In this document: piece by piece, positions 1 through 10,723 of the stretch | Layout of the letters: each line of letters begins with the position of its first letter | How positions within the stretch are numbered: position 1 is the first letter of the stretch | Assembly: GCA_019637995.1 (NCBI GenBank) | Contig: JAHBUQ010000002.1 | Coordinates: 323,428-387,427, forward strand | Length of the DNA stretch: 64,000 nt | Reading direction: 5' to 3' | Source: Ignavibacteriota bacterium | Lineage (GTDB): Bacteria > Bacteroidota > Ignavibacteria > Kapaibacteriales > UBA2268 | Position numbers and translations under genes: made by a program | The notes under the pieces: generated by a model | Told to the model about the DNA's origin: nothing | What the model saw: the letters and a program-made list of their open reading frames with translations, nothing else | The model's database searches: none

Positions 1-1
1 A

Positions 2-340
2 GTTAGAAATTGCTTTCTTAGCTTTTCTAACAACAGGTCTTTGACCGGAAATTAACTCTAACTCATTAATAGCACTTTGCAGTGCTTTAAGGTCTTGAGT
101 AGCCATACCGACGCCCATATTGAGGCAGATCTTTTGTAATTTTGGCACCTGCATAACAGATTTAAACTGAAATTTATTCATTAGTGCAGGCGCAACAGTA
201 CTTTTGTAGTAATCTGCAAGTCTCGGGACAGGCGGCTTAGCCGTTTGCTTTACATCTTCAAGCCTTTTACCCTCCGGAGTAAATTCTCCTTTTTTCGAAC
301 CTGCTTTACCTGTTTGTTGTTGTACTTTCTGCTTAGCCAT
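2..340 (-). CDS. rplE: 50S ribosomal protein L5, 5' part (runs off the window start); carries a ~37-aa N-terminal extension
   Basis: Hand translation from ATG at 340: MAKQKVQQQTGKAGSKKGEFTPEGKRLEDVKQTAKPPVPRLADYYKSTVAPALMNKFQFKSVMQVPKLQKICLNMGVG...ELISGQRPVVRKAKKAISN. The L5 motifs are present and the gene follows rplX. Confidence 0.95.
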   Translation of the reverse strand, partial: MAKQKVQQQTGKAGSKKGEFTPEGKRLEDVKQTAKPPVPRLADYYKSTVAPALMNKFQFKSVMQVPKLQKICLNMGVGMATQDLKALQSAINELELISGQRPVVRKAKKAISN

Positions 341-362
341 TTTAGATAATCACTTTAAAATT

Positions 363-683
363 TTAAATTACTTTGTTATTTTTTTTAGAATACCTTACGG
401 TACTTGTTTCAGTGCCTTTAGTTTCTTTTCTGAAACCGACACGTGTTGCATTTTTGTCTGAATCTATGACGAGAACATTTGAATAATGAATTGGAAATTC
501 TTTTTCTATACGCCCACCATTCTGATTTCTCTGACTTGGTTTTTCGTGTCTGACATGTATATTGACACCTTCAATGAGGACTGTCATTTTTTTAGGGTCA
601 ACCAGAAGTACTCTGCCGGATTTGCCTTTATCATCGCCGGCAATAACTTCAACTATGTCATTTTTTTTAATTTTTAGTTTCAT
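363..683 (-). CDS. rplX: 50S ribosomal protein L24
   Basis: KKNDIVEVIAGDDKGKSG KOW motif, IEGVN, EFPIHYSNV; lies between rplN and rplE. Confidence 0.97.
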   Translation of the reverse strand: MKLKIKKNDIVEVIAGDDKGKSGRVLLVDPKKMTVLIEGVNIHVRHEKPSQRNQNGGRIEKEFPIHYSNVLVIDSDKNATRVGFRKETKGTETSTVRYSKKNNKVI

Positions 684-699
684 TTCAATTACACCTTAT

Positions 700-1068
700 T
701 TAAATTACTTCAGGAGCGAGTGAAACAATTTTCATATAATTCCTTTCACGCAACTCTCGAGCAACCGGTCCAAAAATGCGAGTACCGCGTGGTTCGCCTT
801 TATCATTCAGGATTACTGCTGCATTATCATCAAATCTGATATATGAGCCATCGCGTCTTCCAACTTCTTTTGCTGTGCGAACTATAACAGCTTTTACAAC
901 TTGACCTTTTTTCACTGCTCCGTTTGGAATAGCCGCTTTTACAGCGCATACGACCAAATCGCCAAGTCCTGCATATTTTTTGCCGTGACCACCAAGAACT
1001 CGGATAACTCTCATTCTTTTTGCGCCTGAATTATCGGCAACAGTTAGATTAGATTCTTCTTGTACCAT
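700..1068 (-). CDS. rplN: 50S ribosomal protein L14
   Basis: [37 protein letters not shown]. Confidence 0.99.
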   Translation of the reverse strand: MVQEESNLTVADNSGAKRMRVIRVLGGHGKKYAGLGDLVVCAVKAAIPNGAVKKGQVVKAVIVRTAKEVGRRDGSYIRFDDNAAVILNDKGEPRGTRIFGPVARELRERNYMKIVSLAPEVI

Positions 1069-1084
1069 AACATTTACTCCTTGA

Positions 1085-1393
1085 TTACTTGGCTCTTTCT
1101 AAAATTTCTACCAGATTCCAACGCTTATGTGCACTTAAAGGTCTTGATTCAACAATTTTCACAAGGTCACCGATATTGCAATCGTTGTTTTCATCGTGAG
1201 CCATTACTTTTTTAGTAACTTTATAGTATTTTTTATAAAGCGGATGGCTGACTTGTCGCTCTGAAGTTACGGTAATTGTCTTGTCAGCTTTGTTAGATTT
1301 TACTCTGCCAACCAGTATTTTCTTGTGTGCAGTTTTCTTTACTTCTGCTACAGGTGCAACTTCATTGTTCATAATTTCTGTATTATTATCCAT
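1085..1393 (-). CDS. rpsQ: 30S ribosomal protein S17 (short N-terminal extension)
   Basis: [44 protein letters not shown]. Confidence 0.97.
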   Translation of the reverse strand: MDNNTEIMNNEVAPVAEVKKTAHKKILVGRVKSNKADKTITVTSERQVSHPLYKKYYKVTKKVMAHDENNDCNIGDLVKIVESRPLSAHKRWNLVEILERAK

Positions 1394-1598
1394 TTTGCTT
1401 AGCTCTTAAACGTTCGTTTAAAATGGTTTTAATTCTTGCTATATCGTTTCTTAAAATATTAAGATAAGCAGTATCGTGCAATTGCTTTAGAGCGTGCTGA
1501 AAATTTTGCTTTGAAAGAGTTTCGATTGACTCTGTATAAAGCAATGACAATTCTTCGTCGTTCAGCTCTTTTAAATCTTTAGCGTTACGTGGTTTCAT
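1386..1598 (-). CDS. rpmC: 50S ribosomal protein L29
   Basis: [17 protein letters not shown]...[15 protein letters not shown]; start moved to the ATG at 1598; lies between rplP and rpsQ. Confidence 0.92.
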   Translation of the reverse strand: MKPRNAKDLKELNDEELSLLYTESIETLSKQNFQHALKQLHDTAYLNILRNDIARIKTILNERLRAKQNG

Positions 1599-2016
1599 TG
1601 TAAACCAGATCTGTTCGTGTAACAAATTTTGTTTTTATAGGCAATTTATGAGAAGCGAGTCTCAATGCTTCTTCAGCAAGTTCTCTCGATACGCCGTCGA
1701 CTTCGAATAGAATTCTGCCGGGACGAACTACAGCCACCCAACCTTCTGGGCTACCTTTACCTTTACCCATACGAGTTTCGAGAGGTTTCTTTGTGTAGGG
1801 TTTGTCCGGGAAGATTCTTATCCAGACTTTACCGTCACGTTTTAAGTATCTGTTAATCGCAATACGTGCAGATTCTATCTGACGATTAGTTATCCAGTGT
1901 GGCTCCAAAGCTTTCAATCCAAATGAACCGAATGCTACGGTTGAGCCTCTGAATGACTTTCCGGTCATCCTGCCGCGAAACGTTTTGCGTCTTTTAACTC
2001 TTTTAGGTGATAACAT
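1585..2016 (-). CDS. rplP: 50S ribosomal protein L16
   Basis: [35 protein letters not shown]. Confidence 0.99.
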   Translation of the reverse strand: MLSPKRVKRRKTFRGRMTGKSFRGSTVAFGSFGLKALEPHWITNRQIESARIAINRYLKRDGKVWIRIFPDKPYTKKPLETRMGKGKGSPEGWVAVVRPGRILFEVDGVSRELAEEALRLASHKLPIKTKFVTRTDLVYNETT

Positions 2017-2048
2017 GACTTAATTTCCGTTTTTTTAATTTCTTATAA

Positions 2049-2684
2049 TTATTGCTGTTTTCCGATAACTTCGCCTTTACAAATCCATACTTTGATACCG
2101 ATGATACCATAGATTGTAAGAGCTTCGGCTGTTCCGTAATCAATATCAGCACGCAAAGTATGTAGTGGAATTCTACCTTCCTTGTACTGCTCAGTCCTTG
2201 CCATTTCGGCACCGCCGAGACGACCTGAGCACATAATTCTAATACCTTGTGCGCCCATTCTCATAGTAGAAGAGACAGCCATTTTCATAGCACGGCGGAA
2301 TGATATTCTTCCTTCGAGCTGCTGACCAATATTTTCAGCAACAAGTAATGCGTCTAATTCCGGACGTTTAATTTCGCTGATAAGAATCTTAACATCTTTT
2401 CCGGTAAGTTTTTTCAATTCTTCTTCAAGCTGAGTAATATCTTTACCTGAACGACCAATAATAACACCAGGTCTTGAAGTATTGATAGTAATACGCATTT
2501 GTTTTGCAGTTCTTTCGATAAGAATTCTTGCAATACCAGCTTTTTTCTTACGATTGCGAATATAATTTCTTACTTTGAAATCTTCGGCTAATTTTTCGGC
2601 TACATTTCTCTCGTCGAACCAATTAGCGTCCCAATTGCGGATAATACCTAATCTAAAACCAATCGGATTAGTCTTTTGTCCCAC
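2049..2684 (-). CDS. rpsC: 30S ribosomal protein S3
   Basis: MGQKTNPIGFRLG, RPGVIIGRSG KH motif, SGRLGGAEMARTE, GRIPLHTLRADIDY. Confidence 0.99.
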   Translation of the reverse strand: MGQKTNPIGFRLGIIRNWDANWFDERNVAEKLAEDFKVRNYIRNRKKKAGIARILIERTAKQMRITINTSRPGVIIGRSGKDITQLEEELKKLTGKDVKILISEIKRPELDALLVAENIGQQLEGRISFRRAMKMAVSSTMRMGAQGIRIMCSGRLGGAEMARTEQYKEGRIPLHTLRADIDYGTAEALTIYGIIGIKVWICKGEVIGKQQ

Positions 2685-2689
2685 TTTAA

Positions 2690-3082
2690 TTACTCCTTGT
2701 TGCTTGATTCGTTACCGGAAACATTTTCATCCTCTGTTGGTGTCGCTACAATAATAGTCAAATGATTAGAGCGTTTTTTGATTCTGAAAGCTCTACCCAT
2801 TGGAGCCGGTAATATTCTTTTAGCAGCCGGTCCACCGTTAACGAAGGCAGTCTTAACATAAATATCTTCATCATTAAAAGCAATTTCATTCTGTTCAGCT
2901 TTTACATTGAGATTGGCGATAGCCGAACGTAATACCTGTTCTGCGACACGAGCTGCATGCTTTGGCGAGAATCTTAATATATTAATTGCCTCTGCAGCAT
3001 TTTTGCCACGAATCATGTCTATCACAAGTCTCATTTTCAGAGGTGATGACGGTATATATCTTTTTAGAGCTTTTGCTTCCAT
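2690..3082 (-). CDS. rplV: 50S ribosomal protein L22
   Basis: SPLKMRLVIDMIRGK, PAPMGRAFRIKKRSNHLTI; acidic C-terminal tail. Confidence 0.97.
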   Translation of the reverse strand: MEAKALKRYIPSSPLKMRLVIDMIRGKNAAEAINILRFSPKHAARVAEQVLRSAIANLNVKAEQNEIAFNDEDIYVKTAFVNGGPAAKRILPAPMGRAFRIKKRSNHLTIIVATPTEDENVSGNESSNKE

Positions 3083-3104
3083 TTTTAAAATAATCTCCTA
3101 TTTA

Positions 3105-3392
3105 TCACTTTTTAGCTGAACGTTGTTCTTTTCTATGACCGGCATGACCTCTGTATATACGTGTTGGGGAAAATTCACCGAATTTATGACCTACCATGTT
3201 TTCAGTCACATATACAGGTATGAAATTTTTTCCATTATGTACAGCAATAGTATGCCCAACAAAATCAGGAGTAATAGTACAAGCGCGAGCCCATGTCTTA
3301 ACAACCTGTTTCTTTTTGGCTTCGTTCAAATCTGCTACTTTCTTGAGTAGTTTATAATTAACAAAGATGCCTTTTTTTAGCGAACGCGACAT
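3105..3392 (-). CDS. rpsS: 30S ribosomal protein S19
   Basis: [33 protein letters not shown]. Confidence 0.99.
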   Translation of the reverse strand: MSRSLKKGIFVNYKLLKKVADLNEAKKKQVVKTWARACTITPDFVGHTIAVHNGKNFIPVYVTENMVGHKFGEFSPTRIYRGHAGHRKEQRSAKK

Positions 3393-3408
3393 TCTCTTTT
3401 ATCCTTGA

Positions 3409-4245
3409 CTATTTTGACTTTCTGTTTCTAATAATTAACTTATCTGATGGTTTGTTCCTGCGAGTTTTCAAACCTTTTGCATATTTGCCCCAAGGGGAGC
3501 GTGGATGCTGACGACCACCACCTGATTTTGATGTACCTTCACCACCACCCATAGGGTGATCTACCGGGTTCATTGCCATACCGCGTGTTTGCGGACGAAT
3601 ACCAAACCAGCGAAGTCTTCCTGCTTTACCCCAAAGGATATTTTCATGATCGGCATTGCCAACTGAACCTAAAGTAGCATAGCAAACATTTGGAACCAGT
3701 CTGATTTCACCTGATGGCATTTTAAGATGTGCGAATCTGCCTTCATTTGCTACAAGTTGTACCTGAGAGCCGGCTGATCTTGCAATCTGTCCGCCTTTTC
3801 CAGGCTTAAGTTCAACATTATGTATGAACAAACCAACAGGAATTTTTTTAAGCGGAAGTGCATTGCCATCTTTATATTCTACATCAGGACCCGAAATAAT
3901 CACATCACCTACTTTAATTTTAGCAGGAGCGAGAATATATCTGAACTCACCATCTTGGTACTCTACTAAAGCAATACGTGCATTACGGTTAGGGTCATAT
4001 TCAATAGTTTTTATAGTAGCCGGAATACCGTGTTTATTACGTTTAAAATCTATAATTCTGTAACGTCTTTTGTGACCTCCGCCTCTGTGACGTGAAGTTA
4101 TTCTACCGGTATTGTTTCTGCCGCCCGATTTCTTAATCGGAGCTGTCAGCGGTTTATGAGGTCTGTCAGTAGTGATTTCGTTAAATTCACTTACTGAGTA
4201 AAATCTCGTACCCGGCGTAATCGGTTTTAGTGTTCTAATTGCCAT
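3409..4245 (-). CDS. rplB: 50S ribosomal protein L2
   Basis: [46 protein letters not shown]. Confidence 0.99.
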   Translation of the reverse strand: MAIRTLKPITPGTRFYSVSEFNEITTDRPHKPLTAPIKKSGGRNNTGRITSRHRGGGHKRRYRIIDFKRNKHGIPATIKTIEYDPNRNARIALVEYQDGEFRYILAPAKIKVGDVIISGPDVEYKDGNALPLKKIPVGLFIHNVELKPGKGGQIARSAGSQVQLVANEGRFAHLKMPSGEIRLVPNVCYATLGSVGNADHENILWGKAGRLRWFGIRPQTRGMAMNPVDHPMGGGEGTSKSGGGRQHPRSPWGKYAKGLKTRRNKPSDKLIIRNRKSK

Positions 4246-4277
4246 TTTTCAAAACTTACTTGAAATTGATAATAATT

Positions 4278-4583
4278 TTATTCGTTGTCTCCGCCTACTC
4301 CGGACACGATTTCAATCTGTTGTCCTTCTTTCAGAGTCACGTATGCTTTTTTCTTTGAAGCTGTCTTACCACGCATTAAACCGCGGCGAGTCATTCTAAT
4401 TTTGTTTTTACCTTTTACATTTACAGTGCGAACACTTGTAATATCTACATCGAACATATCCTGAATAGCTTGTTTTATCTGAATTTTGTTAGCATCAGGA
4501 TGCACCTCAAAGACGTACTGTCTTTGAGAAGCAAGGTTCATTGCTTTTTCTGTAATTATAGGCTTTTTAATCAATTGAATCAT
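4278..4583 (-). CDS. rplW: 50S ribosomal protein L23
   Basis: KPIITEKA, ANKIQIKQAI, KKAYVTL. Confidence 0.97.
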   Translation of the reverse strand: MIQLIKKPIITEKAMNLASQRQYVFEVHPDANKIQIKQAIQDMFDVDITSVRTVNVKGKNKIRMTRRGLMRGKTASKKKAYVTLKEGQQIEIVSGVGGDNE

Positions 4584-4597
4584 TTTTCTAAACCGCC

Positions 4598-5224
4598 TTA
4601 ATTGCCAAAAGTTTTTTCAATCTTGTTAATAGCGCATTTTAAGATAATAATTTTTCTATGATTTAAAATATCATAAGTAGAAATTTTATCAGCCGGCTGG
4701 ATGCTTAAATTTGGAATATTTCTTCCTGACATATAGACATTATAATCCACATCAGGCAATAATACCAAAGTTTTAAGACTACTCAGTGACAATTTATCTA
4801 AAACGCCTGCCATTTGTTTAGTTTTGATTGCATCAAAAGTAAAGTCATCAACAATCATGAGATTGTTTTCAGTTACTCTTAATGAGTAAGCTGATTTTCT
4901 GGCAAGACGACTCACCTTTTTGGGCAATTTATAAACGTACTCATGAGGTTTCGGACCGTGAACAGTACCACCGCCGACCCATACTGGAGACCTTGATGAA
5001 CCTGAACGGGCAGTTCCTCTTCCCTTTTGTTTCCATGGTTTTTTGCCGCCACCTGAAACTTCGGAACGAATTTTAGTTTTTGCTGTACCCTGACGGCGAT
5101 GAGCCAGATAAGCAACAACTGCCTGATGCATTGCATGCTCATTGGGTTCCACTGCAAAAATGGAATCCGGCAGTTCTACTTGCCCTATAACTCCGCCTTC
5201 CTTAGAATATAAATCTACTTGCAT
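4598..5224 (-). CDS. rplD: 50S ribosomal protein L4
   Basis: RQGTAKTKIRSEVSGGGKKPWKQKGRGTAR. Confidence 0.99.
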   Translation of the reverse strand: MQVDLYSKEGGVIGQVELPDSIFAVEPNEHAMHQAVVAYLAHRRQGTAKTKIRSEVSGGGKKPWKQKGRGTARSGSSRSPVWVGGGTVHGPKPHEYVYKLPKKVSRLARKSAYSLRVTENNLMIVDDFTFDAIKTKQMAGVLDKLSLSSLKTLVLLPDVDYNVYMSGRNIPNLSIQPADKISTYDILNHRKIIILKCAINKIEKTFGN

Positions 5225-5231
5225 AACTTGC

Positions 5232-5858
5232 CTAAACCTTTACTATTTCTAACAAAGTATTCTTTGGTCCGGGTACACTACCCTTGAGCAATATAATATT
5301 TCTTTCCGGTAGAATATCAAATATTTGTATATTTCTTATGGAAATTGTTTTTCCGCCCATACGACCTGCCATTCTTAAACCCTTGAATACTCTTGAAGGG
5401 TAAGAAGATGAACCGATTGAACCAGGGTGACGTTGGCGATCTGACTGACCATGTGTCTGCATACCGACTCCGCCAAAGTGGTGACGTTTTACAACGCCCT
5501 GGAAACCGCGTCCTTTGCTTGTACCACTGACTTTAACTTTATCTCCGACTTTAAATTCTTCTACAGTAACCTGTGCGCCAATTTCATATTCTTTTTCAAG
5601 ATTACGAAATTCTTTCAAATGTCTGACAGGTGTAACACCTGCTTTTTTGAAATGACCTGCTTCAGGTTTGTTTACCTTGTCTTCACGGATATTGCCGTAG
5701 CCAAGCTGTATTGCACTATAGCCGTCTCTTTCGGGAGTTCTGATATTTACAACCGGACAAGGTCCTGCTTCGATAACAGTAACCGGTACAGCTACACCAT
5801 CCTGATTGTAAATACTTGTCATACCGACTTTTTTACCTAAAATAGCACTTTTCATCAC
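5232..5858 (-). CDS. rplC: 50S ribosomal protein L3
   Basis: GKKVGMT, SKGRGFQGVVKRH, PGSIG, GLRMAGRMG. Confidence 0.99.
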   Translation of the reverse strand: MMKSAILGKKVGMTSIYNQDGVAVPVTVIEAGPCPVVNIRTPERDGYSAIQLGYGNIREDKVNKPEAGHFKKAGVTPVRHLKEFRNLEKEYEIGAQVTVEEFKVGDKVKVSGTSKGRGFQGVVKRHHFGGVGMQTHGQSDRQRHPGSIGSSSYPSRVFKGLRMAGRMGGKTISIRNIQIFDILPERNIILLKGSVPGPKNTLLEIVKV

Positions 5859-5870
5859 TTAGCTCCTATA

Positions 5871-6179
5871 TCACACTTTCACTTCAACATCTACACCGGC
5901 AGGCAATTCAAGTCTCATCAGAGCATCAATTGTCTTTTGGGTCGAGCTGAAAATGTCAATTAATCTTTTATGAATTCTAGTCTCAAATTGTTCTCTAGAT
6001 TTTTTATCTACGTGTGGCGAACGATTTACAGTATAAACCGAGCGTTTTGTAGGCAGGGGGATCGGTCCTGAAACGACCGCTCCCGTCTGCTTAACTGTCC
6101 GAACAATTCTTTCTGAAGATTTGTCAATCAGGTTATGATCGTATGATTTAAGTTTTATTCTTATTCTTTGTGTTGCCAC
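5871..6179 (-). CDS. rpsJ: 30S ribosomal protein S10
   Basis: [31 protein letters not shown]; GTG start. Confidence 0.99.
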   Translation of the reverse strand: MATQRIRIKLKSYDHNLIDKSSERIVRTVKQTGAVVSGPIPLPTKRSVYTVNRSPHVDKKSREQFETRIHKRLIDIFSSTQKTIDALMRLELPAGVDVEVKV

Positions 6180-6216
6180 TTTGTATTATCCTTGAGATTT
6201 ATACGATCCCTGTTTC

Positions 6217-7422
6217 TTATTCATTAATTTTAGTTACAACGCCTGCACCAACTGTTCTGCCGCCTTCACGAATAGCAAATCGCAAACCGTCTTCCATACC
6301 AACAGGTGTGATAAGTTCGATATCAATCGCATCAAGGTTGTCGCCGGGCATAACCATTTCTACGCCAGCCGGAAGTTCCATAGAGCCGGTTACGTCAGTA
6401 GTTCTGAAATAGAACTGTGGACGGTAACCATTAAAGAATGGAGTGTGACGTCCGCCTTCTTCTTTTTTCAATACGTAAACCTGAGCTGAAAATTTGTAGT
6501 GAGGTTTGATTGAACCCGGTTTGATAATAACCATACCACGTTCCAATTCATTTTTGTCAACACCGCGAAGAAGAAGACCAACATTATCGCCGGCACGTCC
6601 TTCATCGAGTAATTTACGAAACATTTCAACACCAGTACAAGTTGTTTTCTTTTGAAGACCGAAACCAACGATTTCAACTTCTTCGTTAACTTTTACAATA
6701 CCGCGTTCAATTCTACCAGTTCCTACAGTACCACGACCTGTAATTGAGAATACGTCTTCAACAGGCATAAGGAATGGTTTATCAACATCACGAATAGGTG
6801 TTGGAATATATGAGTCAACTGCATCCATTAAATTCCAGATACACTGGTATCTTTCATCATCAAGAGGAGCATCTGCTGCACCGGCATCAAGAGCATGAAG
6901 AGCTGAACCAGGGATAATCGGAATTTCATCGCCGGGGAAATTATATGAAGAAAGAAGATCACGAAGTTCCATTTCTACGAGCTCAAGAAGCTCTGGGTCA
7001 GCGATATCAACTTTATTCATAAATACAACTATACGTGGCACACCTACCTGACGAGCAAGAAGAATATGTTCACGAGTTTGTGGCATCGGACCATCAGTTG
7101 CAGCACATACGAGAATCGCACCATCCATCTGAGCAGCACCGGTAATCATATTTTTGATATAGTCGGCGTGACCGGGACAGTCAACGTGAGCATAGTGACG
7201 TGCTTCAGTCTGATACTCAACGTGAGCGGTAGCAATCGTTATTCCACGTGCTTTTTCTTCTGGCGCGTTGTCAATTGAGTCAAATGTTCTTTTTTCACCG
7301 CCTGATTTTTTTGACAATGCCATTGTTATGGCAGCGGTTAAAGTAGTTTTACCATGATCCACGTGACCAATTGTACCAACGTTCACGTGCGGCTTACTGC
7401 GATCAAATTTTTCTTTAGCCAT
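6217..7422 (-). CDS. tuf: Elongation factor Tu
   Basis: [39 protein letters not shown]; AGGAG Shine-Dalgarno upstream. Confidence 0.99.
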   Translation of the reverse strand: MAKEKFDRSKPHVNVGTIGHVDHGKTTLTAAITMALSKKSGGEKRTFDSIDNAPEEKARGITIATAHVEYQTEARHYAHVDCPGHADYIKNMITGAAQMDGAILVCAATDGPMPQTREHILLARQVGVPRIVVFMNKVDIADPELLELVEMELRDLLSSYNFPGDEIPIIPGSALHALDAGAADAPLDDERYQCIWNLMDAVDSYIPTPIRDVDKPFLMPVEDVFSITGRGTVGTGRIERGIVKVNEEVEIVGFGLQKKTTCTGVEMFRKLLDEGRAGDNVGLLLRGVDKNELERGMVIIKPGSIKPHYKFSAQVYVLKKEEGGRHTPFFNGYRPQFYFRTTDVTGSMELPAGVEMVMPGDNLDAIDIELITPVGMEDGLRFAIREGGRTVGAGVVTKINE

Positions 7423-7479
7423 TAGTACATCGCTCCTAATTAATACTGAGTTTTATAAATAAATAATTCAATTACAAAA

Positions 7480-9534
7480 TTAATACAAACTTTTGATTAC
7501 AGCAGGTTCATAATGAGAAAATGTCATTGTGAAAACTGCTCTGCCCTGACTTTTGGAACGCAACTGAGTTACATATCCAAACAATTCCGAAAGAGGCGCT
7601 ATCGCTTTTACAAGCTGCATAGAAAGAACACTTTCGATACCTTCAACTCTGCCTCTTCTCGAGCTGATATCTGCAATTATATCGCCTACATATTCATCCG
7701 GCGAAGTAATATCCACTTTAAAAACAGGTTCAAGCATTATCGGTATAGCCTTCCGGCAAGCGTCCTTAACAGCTGTGGAAGCAGCTATTTTTGAGCCTAT
7801 TTCTGTAGTTACATCTTCGATATAATTACTTTCTAAAATCCTGACTTTGACATCTATCATAGGATACCCTGAGGGTCCTACATTCAAAGCTTCTCGAACA
7901 CCTTGCTCTAAAGCAGTAACAAGATTTTCGGGAATCTTCGATTTTCTGAGCATATTCTCAACGACAAGACCTTCATTTCTATCAGCAGGCATTACTTCAA
8001 TTTTTACATGTCCGTACTGATTCTTATTAGCCATTTGTCTCTCGAACTCTCCTACTTCTATCGCTTTTGCTGACACTGTTTCACGGTAAGATACTTGTGG
8101 TTTTCCAACTTTTGAAGGTATTTTGAACTCCCGGTTAAGTCTGTCCACAATAATTTCAAGATGAAGTTCACCAACACCGCTAATAATTGTCTGACCACTT
8201 TCTGCATCAGCTGTGAACCTGAAAGTAGGATCTTCATCGCTGAGTTTTTGTAATGTTTCAAGCAGTTTATCCTGATCGGCGATTGATTTGACTTCTATAG
8301 CCTGATTAATTACCGGTTCGGTAAAACTGATTTTTTCATATAAAAGTGGTTGATTTGTTTCACAAAGAGTATCACCGGTTCGGGTAAACTTTAAACCGGG
8401 AATAGTAACAATATCTCCGGCGTAAGCTTCCTGTATTTCTTCACGTTTGTTAGCATAAATTTTCATAATTTTCAGAATTTTTTCTTTCTTTTCAGCTGAA
8501 GTATTGCTGACACTGCTGCCAACTTTCAAACAGCCGGAATAAATTCTGATAAAAGTGAGTTTACCTATAAACGGATCGGTTATTAATTTGAAGGCAAGGG
8601 CTGAAAAAGGCTCGCTGTCATCAGGTTTGCGAGAAATCAGTTTTTCGGTATCCTTAACATCATAACCGGGGAAATACTCTACTTCGAGTGGTGATGGGAG
8701 GTATTGTATGATAGCATCCATTAAAGGCTGGACACCAACATTTTTTAGGGAAGAGCCACAAAGTACGGGTACAAATTTTTGCTCAATTGTACCACGTCTT
8801 ACAGCCGCCATGATTTCGGATTCAGATATCTCTTCGCCAGCAAGGAACTTTTCCAAAATATTATCTTCTATATCTGCCAGAGCTTCCAGCAAATAGGAAC
8901 GATATTCCTCAGCTTTTTCGACAAAAGCCGCAGGAATTTCATATTCAGCGTATTCCAAGCCGAGTGTTTCGATATCAAAGCGCAAGGATTTCATTTTAAT
9001 TAAATCCACCACGCCTTCGAATCTGTCTTCGGCGCCCATAGGGAACTGTACAGCAACAGGTTTAGCTTTGAGACGGGTTCTCATGGTTTCGAGAACTCTC
9101 TCAAAATCAGCACCGGTTCTATCCATTTTATTGACGAATGCAATTCTTGGAACACGATACTGATCTGCCTGATGCCAAACTGTTTCCGATTGTGGTTCAA
9201 CGCCGCCCACTCCGCAAAACAATGCGATAGCTCCATCAAGTACACGAAGTGAACGCTGCACTTCGGCGGTAAAATCAACATGACCGGGAGTATCTATCAA
9301 ATTAATTTGATAGTCATTCCACATACAGGTTGTTGCCGCAGACATTATCGTAATCCCTCTTTCTTTTTCCTGCTCCATGTAATCCATAAAAGCAGTACCG
9401 TCATCAACCGCTCCCATTTTATGAAGGTAACCCGAATAATACAAAATTCTTTCTGTAGTAGTCGTTTTACCAGCGTCTATGTGAGCCATAATGCCGATGT
9501 TGCGAAATTTCGATATGTCAACTTGACGAGTCAT
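7480..9534 (-). CDS. fusA: Elongation factor G family protein in the str operon; divergent, EF-G2/recycling-type features
   Basis: AHIDAGKTT, RGITI, DTPGHVDF and NKMD are intact; five-domain length; lies between rpsG and tuf; domain IV tip loops are degenerate (see findings). Confidence 0.93.
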   Translation of the reverse strand: MTRQVDISKFRNIGIMAHIDAGKTTTTERILYYSGYLHKMGAVDDGTAFMDYMEQEKERGITIMSAATTCMWNDYQINLIDTPGHVDFTAEVQRSLRVLDGAIALFCGVGGVEPQSETVWHQADQYRVPRIAFVNKMDRTGADFERVLETMRTRLKAKPVAVQFPMGAEDRFEGVVDLIKMKSLRFDIETLGLEYAEYEIPAAFVEKAEEYRSYLLEALADIEDNILEKFLAGEEISESEIMAAVRRGTIEQKFVPVLCGSSLKNVGVQPLMDAIIQYLPSPLEVEYFPGYDVKDTEKLISRKPDDSEPFSALAFKLITDPFIGKLTFIRIYSGCLKVGSSVSNTSAEKKEKILKIMKIYANKREEIQEAYAGDIVTIPGLKFTRTGDTLCETNQPLLYEKISFTEPVINQAIEVKSIADQDKLLETLQKLSDEDPTFRFTADAESGQTIISGVGELHLEIIVDRLNREFKIPSKVGKPQVSYRETVSAKAIEVGEFERQMANKNQYGHVKIEVMPADRNEGLVVENMLRKSKIPENLVTALEQGVREALNVGPSGYPMIDVKVRILESNYIEDVTTEIGSKIAASTAVKDACRKAIPIMLEPVFKVDITSPDEYVGDIIADISSRRGRVEGIESVLSMQLVKAIAPLSELFGYVTQLRSKSQGRAVFTMTFSHYEPAVIKSLY

Positions 9535-9578
9535 CTCAAGTCAGGTTTACAAATTTACAAAGAACATTCTAAAATCAC

Positions 9579-10046
9579 TTACCATTTAAAATGTGCAAAG
9601 GCTTTATTAGCTTCTGCCATTTTATGGGTATCTTCACGTTTCTTTACAGCCGAACCCTCACCTTTGGAGGCAGCCATAAATTCTGCAGCAAGTCTCTGAG
9701 ACATTTTTTTGTCACGGCGAGCCTTTGCATAATTTTTTATCCAGCGAATAGCAAGAGCAAGACGTCTTTCTTCGCGTACATCAACGGGCACCTGATAAGT
9801 AGCACCACCAACACGGCGGGAACGAACTTCTACCAGGGGAGCAACATTTGATATCGCTTTTTTGAAAACCTCTACCGGATCTTCATTAGTCTTTTCTTTA
9901 ACTATATCAAACGCATCGTATATAATTGTGCGGGCGACATTCTTTCTGCCCTCAAACATAATGTTGTTTACGAACTTAGCTACAACGTAATCATTGTATA
10001 TCGGATCTAAAACAACCGGTCTTTTTTCTGCTCTTCTTTTTCTCAT
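9579..10046 (-). CDS. rpsG: 30S ribosomal protein S7
   Basis: MRKRRAEKR, PLVEVRSRRVGGATYQVP, HKMAEANKAFAHFKW. Confidence 0.99.
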   Translation of the reverse strand: MRKRRAEKRPVVLDPIYNDYVVAKFVNNIMFEGRKNVARTIIYDAFDIVKEKTNEDPVEVFKKAISNVAPLVEVRSRRVGGATYQVPVDVREERRLALAIRWIKNYAKARRDKKMSQRLAAEFMAASKGEGSAVKKREDTHKMAEANKAFAHFKW

Positions 10047-10063
10047 TGCTGTATTTTATTTAA

Positions 10064-10477
10064 TTATTTCTTTTTACCTTTTGCAGCAGGTCCTGTAGCT
10101 TGTCCCGGTTTAGGACGCTTTGAACCATATTTTGATCTACCCTGACGTCTTCCGTCAACACCCTGAGTATCGGCGGTTCCACGTACGATGTGATATCTTA
10201 CACCCGGCAAATCTTTCACTCTGCCACCGCGTACATATACAATTGAGTGCTCCTGTAGGTTATGACCTTCTCCAGGAATATATGCCGTTACCTCAAAACC
10301 AGATGTAAGCCTTACACGGGCAACTTTTCTGAGAGCTGAGTTAGGCTTCTTAGGAGTAGTGGTATATACTCTGGTACATACACCTCTTCTTTGAGGGCAT
10401 GAATTCAGAGCCGCTGACTTACTCTTTTCTACTAACTTTTTTCTGCCCTTACGGACTAACTGACTGATAGTTGGCAC
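10064..10477 (-). CDS. rpsL: 30S ribosomal protein S12
   Basis: [32 protein letters not shown]; Lys-rich C-terminal tail; GTG start with GGAG SD. Confidence 0.99.
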   Translation of the reverse strand: MPTISQLVRKGRKKLVEKSKSAALNSCPQRRGVCTRVYTTTPKKPNSALRKVARVRLTSGFEVTAYIPGEGHNLQEHSIVYVRGGRVKDLPGVRYHIVRGTADTQGVDGRRQGRSKYGSKRPKPGQATGPAAKGKKK

Positions 10478-10529
10478 TTTAAATCTCCAAAAATTATATT
10501 TTTCTTACACTTTACGGTGATAGAGCTTA

Positions 10530-10561
10530 CAAAAGTAATAAAGTTTTCCGAATCTGCCAAA
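10530..10561 (-). promoter_or_regulatory. Putative Bacteroidota-type housekeeping promoter of the str/S10 operon
   Basis: Minus strand reads TTTG (10561-10558), a 20-nt spacer, then TACTTTTG (10537-10530). This matches the TTTG-N19-21-TAnnTTTG consensus and lies ~50 nt upstream of rpsL. Confidence 0.6.
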
Positions 10562-10723
10562 TTATTTTTCAACTTTTTTTGATTTTTTTCAAAAATATTT
10601 TAACTTCTTTTTTAAAATATCAAGAATATGGCTTTTTATAAGTAAATATTACACTTTGGACGGTAATTACCTGAATTAAGTATTTTTTAAAAAAATTTTT
10701 ATATTATCTTTTGAAAACTAATA

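Noticed and set aside
486-10308. Many short + strand ORFs opposite the ribosomal protein genes (e.g. 486-677, 1665-1856, 5451-5840, 9280-9699)
   Set aside because: Antisense shadows of conserved genes; no motifs, no SD, no independent support.
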